Positions 9,286-18,893 are shown, numbered from the stretch's first letter. The stretch is DNA of 64,000 bases from Candidatus Sericytochromatia bacterium (GCA_036676985.1 JAKFBU010000067.1:1-64000); one strand, 5' to 3'. Numbers and translations: made by a program. The notes: generated by a model from the sequence alone, not told the origin.

Positions 9286-10095
9286 ATGCGTCATAACAAA
9301 GGGTTGGTCCTGGGACTGGCGGCGGTGGCCACGACGTGCTTGGCCGCGCCGGCTCACGCGCAGGCTTTCCGGGCGGGGGCCGGCGTGTTGCAGGGCCCGA
9401 CGAATTACTACTCGGTGCCCCGGGCCTACGTTCGCCCGGGCGGCAACAACCTGGTCGGCACGACCCTGTACCTGGGTCAGGGCAACATCGGCCTGCCGAC
9501 CAACGCCCTCGGCCTGCGGGCCGAGATGGGGATGGGGAACAACTTCCAGCTCGACACGGGCATCGCGGCCGTCACGGCCATCCCGTGGCGCGGCTACCTG
9601 AGCATGGCCGGCAAGTGGGGCCTCATGCGGGAAGGCGGCGCGAGCTTCGCGAGCATCTCGGGGCTGGTGGGGGGCCTGTTGGCGGTGGACGTCAACGGTC
9701 AGCCGTCGCTGGGGCTGCAGCTCGGCCTGCCCATCTCGCACATGTTCGCGTTCAACCGCGTGAACTCGCTCAACCTGTCCCTGGTGCCCGCGTTCAACAT
9801 GGGCGTCTGGAACGCGTCGGCCCTCTTGCCGGGCGGCGCGTGGCCCTTCTCGTCGAGCTTCGTGTCGCTGGGGCTGGGGGCTGACTTCGCCATCCTCCAG
9901 AACCTGCACATCATCGGGGACACGCAGATCGGCATCCCGGGCATCACCGGGGTGGGCACGCAGAACAACTTCGGCATCCGCTGGGGCGTGACGCCGTCGG
10001 TGGTGCTGGACCTGTTCGTCGGCGCGAATGCCACGGGCCTGGGCCTCGGCACCTTGCCGGCATCGCTCGGCCTGTCGGCCCACTGGGCCTACTAA
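9286..10095 (+). CDS. Secreted protein, probable outer-membrane beta-barrel
   Basis: SD GGAGGT, signal peptide ending AHA, alternating Gly/aromatic strands, C-terminal HWAY. Confidence 0.65.
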   Translation: MRHNKGLVLGLAAVATTCLAAPAHAQAFRAGAGVLQGPTNYYSVPRAYVRPGGNNLVGTTLYLGQGNIGLPTNALGLRAEMGMGNNFQLDTGIAAVTAIPWRGYLSMAGKWGLMREGGASFASISGLVGGLLAVDVNGQPSLGLQLGLPISHMFAFNRVNSLNLSLVPAFNMGVWNASALLPGGAWPFSSSFVSLGLGADFAILQNLHIIGDTQIGIPGITGVGTQNNFGIRWGVTPSVVLDLFVGANATGLGLGTLPASLGLSAHWAY

Positions 10096-10108
10096 CGCCC
10101 ATCTAGGG

Positions 10109-10139
10109 GGCGGCCCCGCCGACAGGCGGGGCCGCTTTC
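10109..10139 (+). terminator. Intrinsic terminator
   Basis: GCGGCCCCGCC-GACA-GGCGGGGCCGC-TTTC. Confidence 0.75.
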
Positions 10140-10301
10140 GGCGTCTGGCGCGATCTCCAGCCGATCGGGTATGATAATCTTAGACTTTGGTCTAGTAATT
10201 GTTGTCGGAATGTGGCGTCGCCCGGCGTCAGGTCGTTCGGCTGGCTCGGACTCCGAGCAGCCGGCTCGCCGAGGGATGGAGCCGGAAGGAAGAGGTTCAG
10301 C

Positions 10302-10922
10302 GTGACTCGGGTGAAGGAAGCGTCCCCCAGCCGGCCCCTTGGGCGCTTGTTCGGACTTGGGGCGCTCTTGCTCGGCATGCTGTCGTCGCCGGCCGCGGCC
10401 GAGGAGGCCTTCGGGCCGCTCAATCCGGCGGAGCAGGATCGCGTCGACCGGGGCGAGATCCTCGTCCAGGTGGACCGGACGTCGGAGGCCCTGAAGTCCT
10501 TTCGGGCGGTCGGCCAGGTCAAGGCTCCGGCCCAGCGGGTCTACGACGTCTTCACGGATTACGAGCACTACGCGGACATCTTCGAGCTCAAGGAGTCCAA
10601 GGTGCTCAGTCGCAGCGGCAACCGCCTCATGGTCCGGGCGGTGCTCGGCCTGCCCTGGCCCGTGGGCGATCGCTGGGTGACCAACGAGACGATCGTGTCG
10701 CCCGAGACCCTCTCGTTCGGCTATACACGGCGGGAGGGCACCATCCTTCGCTACGAGGGCACGCTCAAGGTCGTGTCCAGGGGGCCGTCCCTGAGCCAGG
10801 TCTTCTACACGGCCAAGGGGGATCCGGGGATCCCGCTCCTGCCCACCTGGCTGTTGAACCAGTTCCAGGCCAAGCTCCTGCCCGACTCCATCCAGCGCGT
10901 CCGCAGCTACGTCGCCCGCTAG
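10302..10922 (+). CDS. Secreted SRPBCC/START (polyketide cyclase-like) protein
   Basis: VKAPAQRVYDVFTDYEHYADIF, LPWPVGDR and LPTWLLN; signal-like N-terminus; start uncertain. Confidence 0.75.
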   Translation: MTRVKEASPSRPLGRLFGLGALLLGMLSSPAAAEEAFGPLNPAEQDRVDRGEILVQVDRTSEALKSFRAVGQVKAPAQRVYDVFTDYEHYADIFELKESKVLSRSGNRLMVRAVLGLPWPVGDRWVTNETIVSPETLSFGYTRREGTILRYEGTLKVVSRGPSLSQVFYTAKGDPGIPLLPTWLLNQFQAKLLPDSIQRVRSYVAR

Positions 10923-11169
10923 CAGCCGAATCGGCGGCCCGCCGCGATGGGGTTCCGGCCAGCGGCGCTAAACCGCCTTGGCGACGTGCGGCGGACCAGG
11001 TGGTCGAACCCTGACGGGCTCGCCGTGGAGCCCTCGCCCATGGCCATGCTTCGCTCGATATTTCGGCCAGGCCTACCCCTGCCATGCGTGGGGCGCTGGC
11101 CTATGCTGGTCACAACTCGACGTCACGAGCGCCGGGCCATTGAAGGACGAAGCCCGGGAGGATGGCCCC

Positions 11170-12237
11170 ATGCCGTCACGCGTGCTGCAGACCCCGTTCG
11201 GACTCTCGCTCGTACTCGGCAGTGCGATCTTCCTCGTGGTGGCCGGACTGCACCTCACCGCCGGCCTGCTGGCTCCGATCCTCTTGGCGTACACCCTGGC
11301 CATCGCCCTTTTGCCCATGGTCAGGCGTCTGGAGAACAGAGGTTTACCCCGCCCTCTGGCCCTGGCCGGCGTCTTCCTGTCGGCGTTCCTGGTGGCGGCC
11401 CTCGTCATGGGCTACTTCATGCTCGAGCTCCAGCAGTTCGCCCGCCGCCTCCCGGACTATCAGGGCATGCTCGAAACCCGCTTCGCCCAGGTGGAGGCCC
11501 TGGTCGCGCGGTGGGGCTACTCGCTGAGCGACCTGCTGGCCGGCAGTCAGGTGCTTCCGCAGCAACTGACGCGGGTGGCGCTGAACCTGATCTCCCATGT
11601 GCTGGGCGCCTCGGCCTCCCTGCTGCTCTTCCTGTTCATCCTGCTCACCATGGCCATGGAGTTTCCCGGCATCAGCCGGGCCTTTTACGGACATGCCGGC
11701 TACCAGGGGGCCCTGTACGGGCAGGTGCGCAGCCTGATCGGCGAGATCCAGACCCATTTCCGGCTGCAGAGCCTCAGCAACCTGGTGAGCGCGGTCGCCG
11801 TGACGGCGGCCTACCTGGGCTTTCGCGTGGAGTTCGCCTTCCTCTGGGGGCTGCTGACCTTCTTCCTCAGCTACATCCCGCGCATCGGCATGCTGCTGAG
11901 CTTCATTCCGCCCGTCCTCATGGCCTTCCTCCAATACGGGACTGGACGGGCCCTCGTCCTCTTGCTGGTAAGCTTCGTGCTCAACGCCCTCATGGACAAC
12001 TTCGTCGCGCCCATGCTCACCAAGAAGGGCCTGGCCCTACGTGCCTCGACCGTCCTGATCGCCTCCCTCGCATGGATGTGGATCTTCGGTCCGCTCGGAG
12101 CGTTGCTCGCCATGCCCATGACCTTGCTCGTCCGCAAGCTCCTGGAGAGCGACGATCAGACGCTCCCCCTGGCCTACGCCATGAGCACGGACGATTACCA
12201 ACCGCGGGCGCCGCAGGGCGACGTTGGGGGCGGATGA
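11170..12237 (+). CDS. AI-2E family transporter
   Basis: LWGLLTFFLSYIPRIG, DNFVAP and WIFGPLGALLAMP motifs; SD GGAGG. Confidence 0.9.
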   Translation: MPSRVLQTPFGLSLVLGSAIFLVVAGLHLTAGLLAPILLAYTLAIALLPMVRRLENRGLPRPLALAGVFLSAFLVAALVMGYFMLELQQFARRLPDYQGMLETRFAQVEALVARWGYSLSDLLAGSQVLPQQLTRVALNLISHVLGASASLLLFLFILLTMAMEFPGISRAFYGHAGYQGALYGQVRSLIGEIQTHFRLQSLSNLVSAVAVTAAYLGFRVEFAFLWGLLTFFLSYIPRIGMLLSFIPPVLMAFLQYGTGRALVLLLVSFVLNALMDNFVAPMLTKKGLALRASTVLIASLAWMWIFGPLGALLAMPMTLLVRKLLESDDQTLPLAYAMSTDDYQPRAPQGDVGGG

Positions 12238-12426
12238 GTCCCGCCATGAGCGACAGGTAGCGGTCGGCGTCGCCCCCGTCCCGCGGCAGGCTCCCTAATG
12301 GAGGCATGCCCGATCGACGGTGAGTCATCAATAAGTTGGTCGCGATGCCAGAAGGCGGATCCCGGACGAACGAGTAGTGTCTCCGTGTGTGCTTGTCTGC
12401 TTGGACTCAGGAAGGAGCCGGCACCG

Positions 12427-13602
12427 GTGTCGCATCCGCGCAAAGCCCTAACGATCTGGGCCGCCGTGGTGTTGATGGGCCTCTGGCTCAGCTCCTGCAG
12501 CTCCCATCCGCCGTCCACCCCGATCAAGCCGGCGCAGCAAGCCGGGACCTCCGACCGGGCGACCCCGGAGCCGGCCCCCACTCCGGGGCCGACCCCCAAG
12601 CCCGCGGAGTACTACGCCTTCGCGTTCCGGTCGCTCGACACCACGATCATCGCCCGGTACCGGGATCACTTCAAGACCGTGGAGTATTTCTGGCAGGCGG
12701 GCTTAGACGTTGGCAGCGTGAGCGAGCCCTATCGCTACGTGTTCCTCTACGACCTGGACGACTCCATCTTTCTGTACGACGCGAACTTCGAAGAGCGGAT
12801 CAAGCTCGTGGACGGCCGCGAGGTTGGCGGGTTCGCCTTTTCGCCCTCCTTGAGTCGCGACGACGTGCTCTGGTTCCTGGGGACCTCGGATCCAGATCTT
12901 GCCGCCCAGGGCATCGGCTTTGCCTACGTGAAGTACCCCCCGCCCAAACCGCCCGAGGTAGACGCCGCCCCGCCCGCCGCGCCGTCGCCGGCGGCCTCCC
13001 CCACGCCGACGCCGGCCCCGACCCCCTCTCCCGCTCCGACGCCGCCGCTCCCCCCCACGCCAGCGCCCTACGAGTTCCACTGGCCGCGGGACGGCGCCGG
13101 GACCGGCGTCGCCTATGCCGTGGCGCCCATCAACGCCTTTGCCGTGCTCCACGGGGGCATCACGTCGCTCCGTATCGCGAGCTACGGGACGTTCGCCGTG
13201 TTCTCGACGGCGGACGGCGGCCTCTACCTGTACAGCATCTTCGATAAAAAGGTGCTGAGCCTGTTGCCCAACCAGCTCCTCGAACAGCGACACTTCGCGG
13301 ACGCGCCGCGCGTCGATCCGTTCTACAACCGCCTGCTCGTCTGGCAGGATCTGCGCCACAACACCGTCTACCTCATGGACCTCTGGACGGGGGCGGTCGA
13401 TACGGTGCCGACCCTGAACCGGTTCACGCGCGGGGTCGTGGAGCCCGATCCCAAGTTCATCGACGCCTTCCACGTCGCCTTCACTTACCAGGTGTCTCCC
13501 GACGACGTCGTCAGTCGCATCGCGGTCTACAACGTGCTCTCCCAATCGATCTTGGCCCTGGTGACCCCCGACGTCTTCCCGATTCGCCGCAAGCATCCGT
13601 GA
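12427..13602 (+). CDS. Lipoprotein with beta-propeller-like region and Pro-rich insertion
   Basis: SD AAGGAG, GTG start, lipobox LSSC, PTPAPTPSPAP tract, repeated (L/I)(Y/F)LY(D/S) strands. Confidence 0.7.
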   Translation: MSHPRKALTIWAAVVLMGLWLSSCSSHPPSTPIKPAQQAGTSDRATPEPAPTPGPTPKPAEYYAFAFRSLDTTIIARYRDHFKTVEYFWQAGLDVGSVSEPYRYVFLYDLDDSIFLYDANFEERIKLVDGREVGGFAFSPSLSRDDVLWFLGTSDPDLAAQGIGFAYVKYPPPKPPEVDAAPPAAPSPAASPTPTPAPTPSPAPTPPLPPTPAPYEFHWPRDGAGTGVAYAVAPINAFAVLHGGITSLRIASYGTFAVFSTADGGLYLYSIFDKKVLSLLPNQLLEQRHFADAPRVDPFYNRLLVWQDLRHNTVYLMDLWTGAVDTVPTLNRFTRGVVEPDPKFIDAFHVAFTYQVSPDDVVSRIAVYNVLSQSILALVTPDVFPIRRKHP

Positions 13603-13639
13603 CCCGTCGGCAAGGTCCGCTGCCCCGGGCACGCAACGC

Positions 13640-13667
13640 GAAGGGAGGGGACGCTTCCCCTCCCTTC
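13640..13667. terminator. Hairpin between convergent genes
   Basis: GAAGGGAGGGGA-CGCT-TCCCCTCCCTTC. Confidence 0.65.
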
Positions 13668-13704
13668 ACTCGGAATGGCGACCGCTAGGGCGGCCTGGTG
13701 GTGG

Positions 13705-14202
13705 CTACATGAAGAAGTAGCGGAGCCCGAACTCGTAGTTGACGCCACCGGCCCCGCCCGACAGGGGCTGGAGGTAGCCGACGCCGAGCAAGAGGCCCAC
13801 GTTGGGCATGGGCATGAGCTGATAGCCCACGTTGCCGAACACGCCGGTGCTGGTGGGGGTGTAGCTGACGCCCGCGCCCAGGTATGGCCCACCGGCCAGG
13901 GCCATGCCGGGCATGGGCATGTGGAACTGGATGGCCGGCGCCACGCCGAAGGCTCCGGTCGGCGTCAGACCGGCCTGGAGGTCCAGCGACATGTTGGGCG
14001 AGGGGTTCACGATGAGGTCGAGGCCCGTGAATCCGAGGCCGTTACCGGCCTTGTAGCCGATGCCGACCATGTTGCCGGTGCCGGCGGCCGGGGCCTGGGC
14101 GGTGCTGCGCGAGGTCCGCATCTGGGCGCTGGCGGGGACCTGCAGGGCCATCACCACGGTGCCGGCCACGAGCAGGGAGCTGAGAAGCTTGACGTGAGTC
14201 AT
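13705..14202 (-). CDS. Small outer-membrane beta-barrel-like protein
   Basis: SD AAGGAG, signal peptide ending ASA, PYLGAGVSY, C-terminal FGLRYFFM. Confidence 0.75.
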   Translation of the reverse strand: MTHVKLLSSLLVAGTVVMALQVPASAQMRTSRSTAQAPAAGTGNMVGIGYKAGNGLGFTGLDLIVNPSPNMSLDLQAGLTPTGAFGVAPAIQFHMPMPGMALAGGPYLGAGVSYTPTSTGVFGNVGYQLMPMPNVGLLLGVGYLQPLSGGAGGVNYEFGLRYFFM

Positions 14203-14616
14203 GAGGGCATCTCCTTTGCTTGGTAGGGTCAACGTCGAGGGCGAACGGTATCCCCCCTGTATAGCCGACCTCTCCAAGACGAGCAAGTGTTCGCCAGAAG
14301 CGATGCCATCGCGCCGGTTCGAGCGATTGAGCGGGCGTCCGAGCCGGGGCCGACGAGACGCGCCCCGGCCCGGAAACCCGTTGATGCTCAGGACCCGATG
14401 GCATCTGCCATCAGACTCCGACGTTAAGCCTTTCGGTCGCAGATCGCAATCGTCGTTTCGACGTCAAGGCGGAGTCGGAGAATGGCGGACAGGGGCCAAT
14501 CCGACGTGCCGCCGCCCGTGCCCACCCCAATCCTCCGCTTCCATGTTGCCTATTCCGACGCCAGCCATTTAGATGGCGCCACCATGGTGGCCCTCTCCAG
14601 CGGAAGGAGGAGTCCG

Positions 14617-14922
14617 ATGAAAGTTGCTCGAGCCAGCCGACACGCGAGTCTCGTCCTGCTGACCGGGCTGTTGGCCGCGTGTAGCACGGGGCCCACTCAG
14701 CCGACCGGAGGAGAGCCGCCCAAGGCGGCCTATCAGACGCAGCAACTCACGTCCTATCCGCCGTTTGGATCGGTCTCTCCGGGCGACTACCAGGCGGCAC
14801 GCCAAAGCGCCTGCCGACGCTACTGCGCGGGCTTCTCTTACACCTCGCGGCGCTGGTACCTCATGCAGGGTTGCATCCGGCGCTGCATGACCGGAGGACC
14901 CACGGACCAGTTCGCTTACTGA
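14617..14922 (+). CDS. Small lipoprotein with YQTQQ motif and CX3C-X15-CX3C C-terminus
   Basis: Strong SD AAGGAGG, lipobox LAAC, AAYQTQQ, CRRYC...CIRRC. Confidence 0.75.
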   Translation: MKVARASRHASLVLLTGLLAACSTGPTQPTGGEPPKAAYQTQQLTSYPPFGSVSPGDYQAARQSACRRYCAGFSYTSRRWYLMQGCIRRCMTGGPTDQFAY

Positions 14923-15189
14923 CGAACCGGGCGTTGTGCCCTGTCGGGGAATGACCACCCATTCGAGTCAGGCTGGCGTGCAGGAATGGGGGGCCGGGCC
15001 TACTCCTGGGTGCGGGGCAATCGTCGCCTCCGGTGCGTCCTTAGGGAGACCCGGCTCGACCTCGCCATGGTGGCCGAGCCAGGTCTTCTCGCTCGCGTGC
15101 CCGAAGTCGCGGCGGCGGCTCCGCTCGTCCTGGTCGAGGAGGAGAAGTCATGTCGGGCGCGCCGGCCCTTGGAGGCCTACCCTCCTAGG

Positions 15190-16251
15190 TTAGTTGCGGT
15201 CGAGACTTCCGTTGCATGGGGTAATGGCAATCCCACGAGGAAGGTTGCCAACGGGTACGGTGGCAATGACTGCGTTCGTACGGGTATCAATGACCGAAAC
15301 GGTGTTGTCACTGCTATTTGAAACGTAGGCTCGGTCCCCGTCCTGGGTGGTATCAACGCCGAAGGGTTGGGTCCCAACCGGGATGGTCGCCATCACGCCG
15401 TCGGTTTTGGTGTTGATGACCGTTACGGTGTTGCTACCGATGTTTGGCACATAGGCGCTTTGCCCATCCAGTGGGATCTCGACCTCGATCGGGGCTAAGC
15501 CGGTCGGGACGGTGGCGACCACGGTGTTGGACTTGGTATCGATGACCGTTACCGTGGTTTGGCCGCTGTTGGCGACATAAGCGCGGTGTTCGAGATGGGT
15601 GAACGCTACGCCGAAGGGTTGGAGGCCCACAGGAATGGTGGCGGTGACGGCATTGGTCTTGGTATCGATGACCGAGACGGTGTTGCTGTTGCGATTGGTC
15701 ACATAAGCTAGTTGGCCGTTCCAGGTGACAGCCACATCGATCGGAAAGGCCCCGACCGGGATGGTGTCCACGACCGTATTGGTCTGGGTCTCGATAACCG
15801 ATACCGTGTTACTGGTCAAATTCGTGACGTACGCAAACTTGCCGTTAGGCGTGAGGTCAATCCCTCTGGGATTAACGCCTACCGGAATGGTGGCCTGGAC
15901 GGTGTTGGTCTTGGTCTCGATCACGGTAACCGTATCTCCACCCTGGTTGGTCACGTAGGCTAGCTTCGCATCAGGCGTGATGGCGGCATCGACCGGGCCC
16001 ACTCCAGTCGGAACGGTCGCGACTACCGCGTTGGTCCGGGTATCGATGACCGAAACCGTGTTGCTGTTGAAATTCGTGACATACGCGAAAGAAGGACAGG
16101 ACGTTCCCTTGCCCCCGCCCGCGGCGGCGAGATCGACGCCCGCTTGCCCGGCGGCTCTGTCCCGGACCGCATTCGGGATGGCCTGACATCCCGCGAGCAC
16201 GCAAACGGCCAGTTGCAGGCTTATGGACAGCCGAAACCAAGGACGAGCCAT
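15190..16251 (-). CDS. YVTN-type seven-bladed beta-propeller lipoprotein
   Basis: Seven ~42-aa AYVTN..SNTVSVID..TN.V.ATIPVG..P repeats; lipobox LAGC; SD GGAGGT. Confidence 0.92.
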   Translation of the reverse strand: MARPWFRLSISLQLAVCVLAGCQAIPNAVRDRAAGQAGVDLAAAGGGKGTSCPSFAYVTNFNSNTVSVIDTRTNAVVATVPTGVGPVDAAITPDAKLAYVTNQGGDTVTVIETKTNTVQATIPVGVNPRGIDLTPNGKFAYVTNLTSNTVSVIETQTNTVVDTIPVGAFPIDVAVTWNGQLAYVTNRNSNTVSVIDTKTNAVTATIPVGLQPFGVAFTHLEHRAYVANSGQTTVTVIDTKSNTVVATVPTGLAPIEVEIPLDGQSAYVPNIGSNTVTVINTKTDGVMATIPVGTQPFGVDTTQDGDRAYVSNSSDNTVSVIDTRTNAVIATVPVGNLPRGIAITPCNGSLDRN

Positions 16252-16633
16252 CGGTCACACCTCCCTGTGAACAAAAAACGAACCAACGCATGCTAGCAAG
16301 CAATGGTTTGCGCCTCGATAGTCGTTTTGCCGAAGTCGCCTGTCAAAGTCAGCAGCGTGTGCCGACAACGCCGTCCGGAGGGTGCGTTCGTCCTTGAACG
16401 AGCCCGGACCGAAACCGCATGGCAGCCCGGTGAAAACCCAGCGGGCTGAGTGGTTGTTTTAGTGCACTAGGCCGGACGGTCTTCGAACCTGCTTGGCCGA
16501 GCTATCCGACTGGCAGTGCATTCCCTCCGTCTCACCTGGAAGCAAGATCCTGCTCAGTCCGCCTTTCGAAAGGTACTCGGTTTCCGATGGGGACGCCTTG
16601 CATGGGCTGTCTTGCCTCGCATACAGCCAAGGG

Positions 16634-16662
16634 TTGACGATAGGACTAACTAGTACTATTCT
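16634..16662 (+). promoter_or_regulatory. Sigma70-like promoter of doxX
   Basis: TTGACG-N17-TATTCT upstream of 16732. Confidence 0.6.
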
Positions 16663-16731
16663 CAAGATTGTTCGACGTAGAACGATTTTGTTCGTCTCGC
16701 GGCATGCTGCCGGTGCATAAGGAGAATAGTC

Positions 16732-17232
16732 ATGGCGACCCAAGTGGACACCCTCCCATCGCCCACTCTGGCGGGCACCCTGTTTCAAAAACTTCTGGCC
16801 ACGGACAACGACCACGGCGCCCTGGTGGCCCGCATTGCCCTCGGCCTGGTCATCCTGCCACATGGGGCCCAAAAAGCCCTGGGCTGGTTTGGCGGTTACG
16901 GCTTCGAAGGCACCATGGGTTTCTTCACCCAGCAGATGGGCATTCCGGCGCCGCTCGCGCTGCTCGCGATCGCGGCCGAGTTCCTGGGCGCGCTCGGCCT
17001 CATCACCGGATTGCTCGGCCGTGTCTCGGCCTTCGGGGTGGGCGTGACGATGCTGGTGGCGGCGCTGATGGCCCACCTGCCCAACGGCTTCTTCATGAAC
17101 TGGTTCGGCGCCCAGAAGGGCGAAGGCATCGAGTACTTCGTGCTCGCCATCGGCCTTGCGCTCGTCGTGATGGTGAAGGGCGCCGGCGCGTACTCGCTCG
17201 ACCGAGTGATGGCGAAGCGGACCGAACGTTAA
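16732..17232 (+). CDS. DoxX family membrane protein
   Basis: HGAQKALGWFGGYG, AEFLG, GIEY and GAGAYSLD motifs. Confidence 0.92.
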   Translation: MATQVDTLPSPTLAGTLFQKLLATDNDHGALVARIALGLVILPHGAQKALGWFGGYGFEGTMGFFTQQMGIPAPLALLAIAAEFLGALGLITGLLGRVSAFGVGVTMLVAALMAHLPNGFFMNWFGAQKGEGIEYFVLAIGLALVVMVKGAGAYSLDRVMAKRTER

Positions 17233-17238
17233 GGCGGC

Positions 17239-17340
17239 CACAGCGGAAAACCACCGGCAAAGGCGCCGGTGGCTTTCCGCTGTGTGTTTCAGCCTGCCCG
17301 TAACAGTGAAGCCCCGCCTGAGTTTCAGGCGGGGCTTCAC
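17239..17340. terminator. Two adjacent hairpins terminating doxX and tRNA-Glu
   Basis: CACAGCGGAAA...TTTCCGCTGTG and GTGAAGCCCCGCCTGA-GTT-TCAGGCGGGGCTTCAC. Confidence 0.7.
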
Positions 17341-17343
17341 TAG

Positions 17344-17416
17344 TACCCGATACGGGATTCGAACCCGTGTTACCGCCGTGAGAGGGCGGCGTCCTAGGCC
17401 TCTAGACGAATCGGGC
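17344..17416 (-). tRNA. tRNA-Glu(CTC)
   Basis: Reverse complement GCCCGATTCGTCTAGAGGCCTAGGACG-CCGCC-CTCTCAC-GGCGG-TAACACGGGTTCGAATCCCGTATCGGGTA; CCA not encoded. Confidence 0.95.
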
Positions 17417-17593
17417 GTCTCGATGAATTCATCATAGCAGAATCTCCGGGGCATGCAAGGGGAAATTCCAAAAGTTTTACAATCCCTTACCTTTGCTTAG
17501 CCTGCATTACCTGGTGCCGGCGCGGCCGAGTGGTCCGTTTAGGGCGCCTGGAAGCGAGGGTATACCCCATGCAACACACGAGGAGTCTGGCCC

Positions 17594-18175
17594 ATGCGTT
17601 CTTGGATGGCGGCGATCGCCCTCATCACCCTCTTGCCCGGTTGCGGTCCCAAGTTCGACGAGCGTCACCTGGACGGCATCGACCTGTCCGGGGCGACCAT
17701 CGCCGAGTTTCGGCGCAAGTACGGCCCCGAAGACGAGCGCAACCCGCTCTACGTGCTCGGCGTGCCCATCTTCCACCGGCTCCGCTTCCGGCTCGCGCAC
17801 GAGGACGCCAAGCGCTTCACCACCGCGCCGTCCGGCCCGCTCTTCGTCGACGAGGGATCCTCGCACAACGCCATCCGGGTCTGGTTACCGCTGCCCAAGG
17901 CGCCGCGCAGCTACGAGGACGCCAAGAACGCCTGGGGCGACCCCAAGCGCTCCACCATCATCCAGCCCTCCCAGGTCTCCACGCTGCCCGTCAACCTCGT
18001 CGGCATGAACTACACCGAGTTCGAGGTCACGGACATGGAGGTGGGGCTGTTCTACGACGGGGAGTCGGACCGCATCGCCATGATCACCTGGGCTCCCCTC
18101 CTCAAGGACGAGGAGGGCCCCAAGGACGGCGAAAAGCCCTCAGGCGAGTCCGGTGAGGATGGGAGCGGGCACTAG
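17594..18175 (+). CDS. Hypothetical lipoprotein
   Basis: SD GAGGAG, lipobox LPGC, GC-rich third codon positions. Confidence 0.75.
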   Translation: MRSWMAAIALITLLPGCGPKFDERHLDGIDLSGATIAEFRRKYGPEDERNPLYVLGVPIFHRLRFRLAHEDAKRFTTAPSGPLFVDEGSSHNAIRVWLPLPKAPRSYEDAKNAWGDPKRSTIIQPSQVSTLPVNLVGMNYTEFEVTDMEVGLFYDGESDRIAMITWAPLLKDEEGPKDGEKPSGESGEDGSGH

Positions 18176-18612
18176 GCTCCCCGCAGGTGCTTGACCATGA
18201 CCACCTCCTGGCGGCCCTCGCGGGTCGTCCGGAACATGACCAGGTCCATCAGCTGTTGCATGAGGAAGATGCCGAGGCCGCCGGTGCGGTGCTCGGCCAG
18301 GTGGCGATTCAGGTCGACCGTCGGCAAGAGGTTGCCGTCGAAGGCCAGGCCGTCGTTGCTGACGATGAGGCGCACGTGCTCGGCGTCCCGGTAAAGCTTG
18401 AGCTCGATGGTGGCATCCGCGGGCAGGGCGGCATGTTCGATGACGTTGGCGACCGCCTCGTCGACGGCCATCTCGATGTCGTTACGGGGGGCGTCGGGCA
18501 AGTCCGCGAGCGTGCGCTGGACGAACTTGCGGGCGCTGGACAGGGCCTTGGTGTCCGGACCGAGGGTCAGCTCGGCATAGACGTCCACCTTGAGGGGAAT
18601 CGACACACACAC
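18172..18612 (-). CDS. RsbW-like anti-sigma factor / Ser-Thr kinase (HATPase_c_2)
   Basis: MAVDEAVANVIEHA, NDG.AFD, GGLGIFLMQQLMD. Confidence 0.9.
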   Translation of the reverse strand: MCVSIPLKVDVYAELTLGPDTKALSSARKFVQRTLADLPDAPRNDIEMAVDEAVANVIEHAALPADATIELKLYRDAEHVRLIVSNDGLAFDGNLLPTVDLNRHLAEHRTGGLGIFLMQQLMDLVMFRTTREGRQEVVMVKHLRGA

Positions 18613-18695
18613 CTCCCGGGTTCGAAGCGATAGACGCTACGATGCCACCCCGAGATTACGAAAACTTTACAAGGGAGTGTCTGGGACGTATTCGA

Positions 18696-18893
18696 TCAGG
18701 CTTGCAGGGCCGTCAGGGGTATGGTCGTCGACGTCCCGGCCTGGGAGCTGACGATGAGGGCGTTGCCTTCGTCCTCGTAGATGGCCGCGATGATACGGCA
18801 GTGCCGACACTCGTACAGCCGCGCCGTCGCATGGTCGAGGGCGCGTTGACATGACGGGCAGTGCAAGGGTTGCTCGTTCGGCATACACCCCAT
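18696..18893 (-). CDS. Small putative zinc-ribbon protein
   Basis: CPSC and CRHC pairs in a 65-aa ORF. Confidence 0.45.
   Translation of the reverse strand: MGCMPNEQPLHCPSCQRALDHATARLYECRHCRIIAAIYEDEGNALIVSSQAGTSTTIPLTALQA

Noticed and set aside
14617-14922. Classical RiPP cluster around the Cys-rich peptide
   Set aside because: No radical SAM, LanM, YcaO or peptidase-ABC exporter nearby; kept only as a lipoprotein-precursor hypothesis.
15190-16100. Regularly spaced DNA repeats as a possible CRISPR array
   Set aside because: They are degenerate 126-bp coding repeats of the YVTN propeller; no identical repeats with unique spacers and no cas genes.
16290-16320. Sigma54 promoter for the YVTN gene
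   Set aside because: GG-to-GC spacing is 11 rather than the required 10.
50-17416. One integrative element bounded by the two tRNAs
   Set aside because: Different tRNAs, no integrase or att duplication seen, and core genes such as aconitase lie between them.
16459-17454. 331-aa minus-strand ORF
   Set aside because: Runs through tRNA-Glu and antisense to doxX; spurious.
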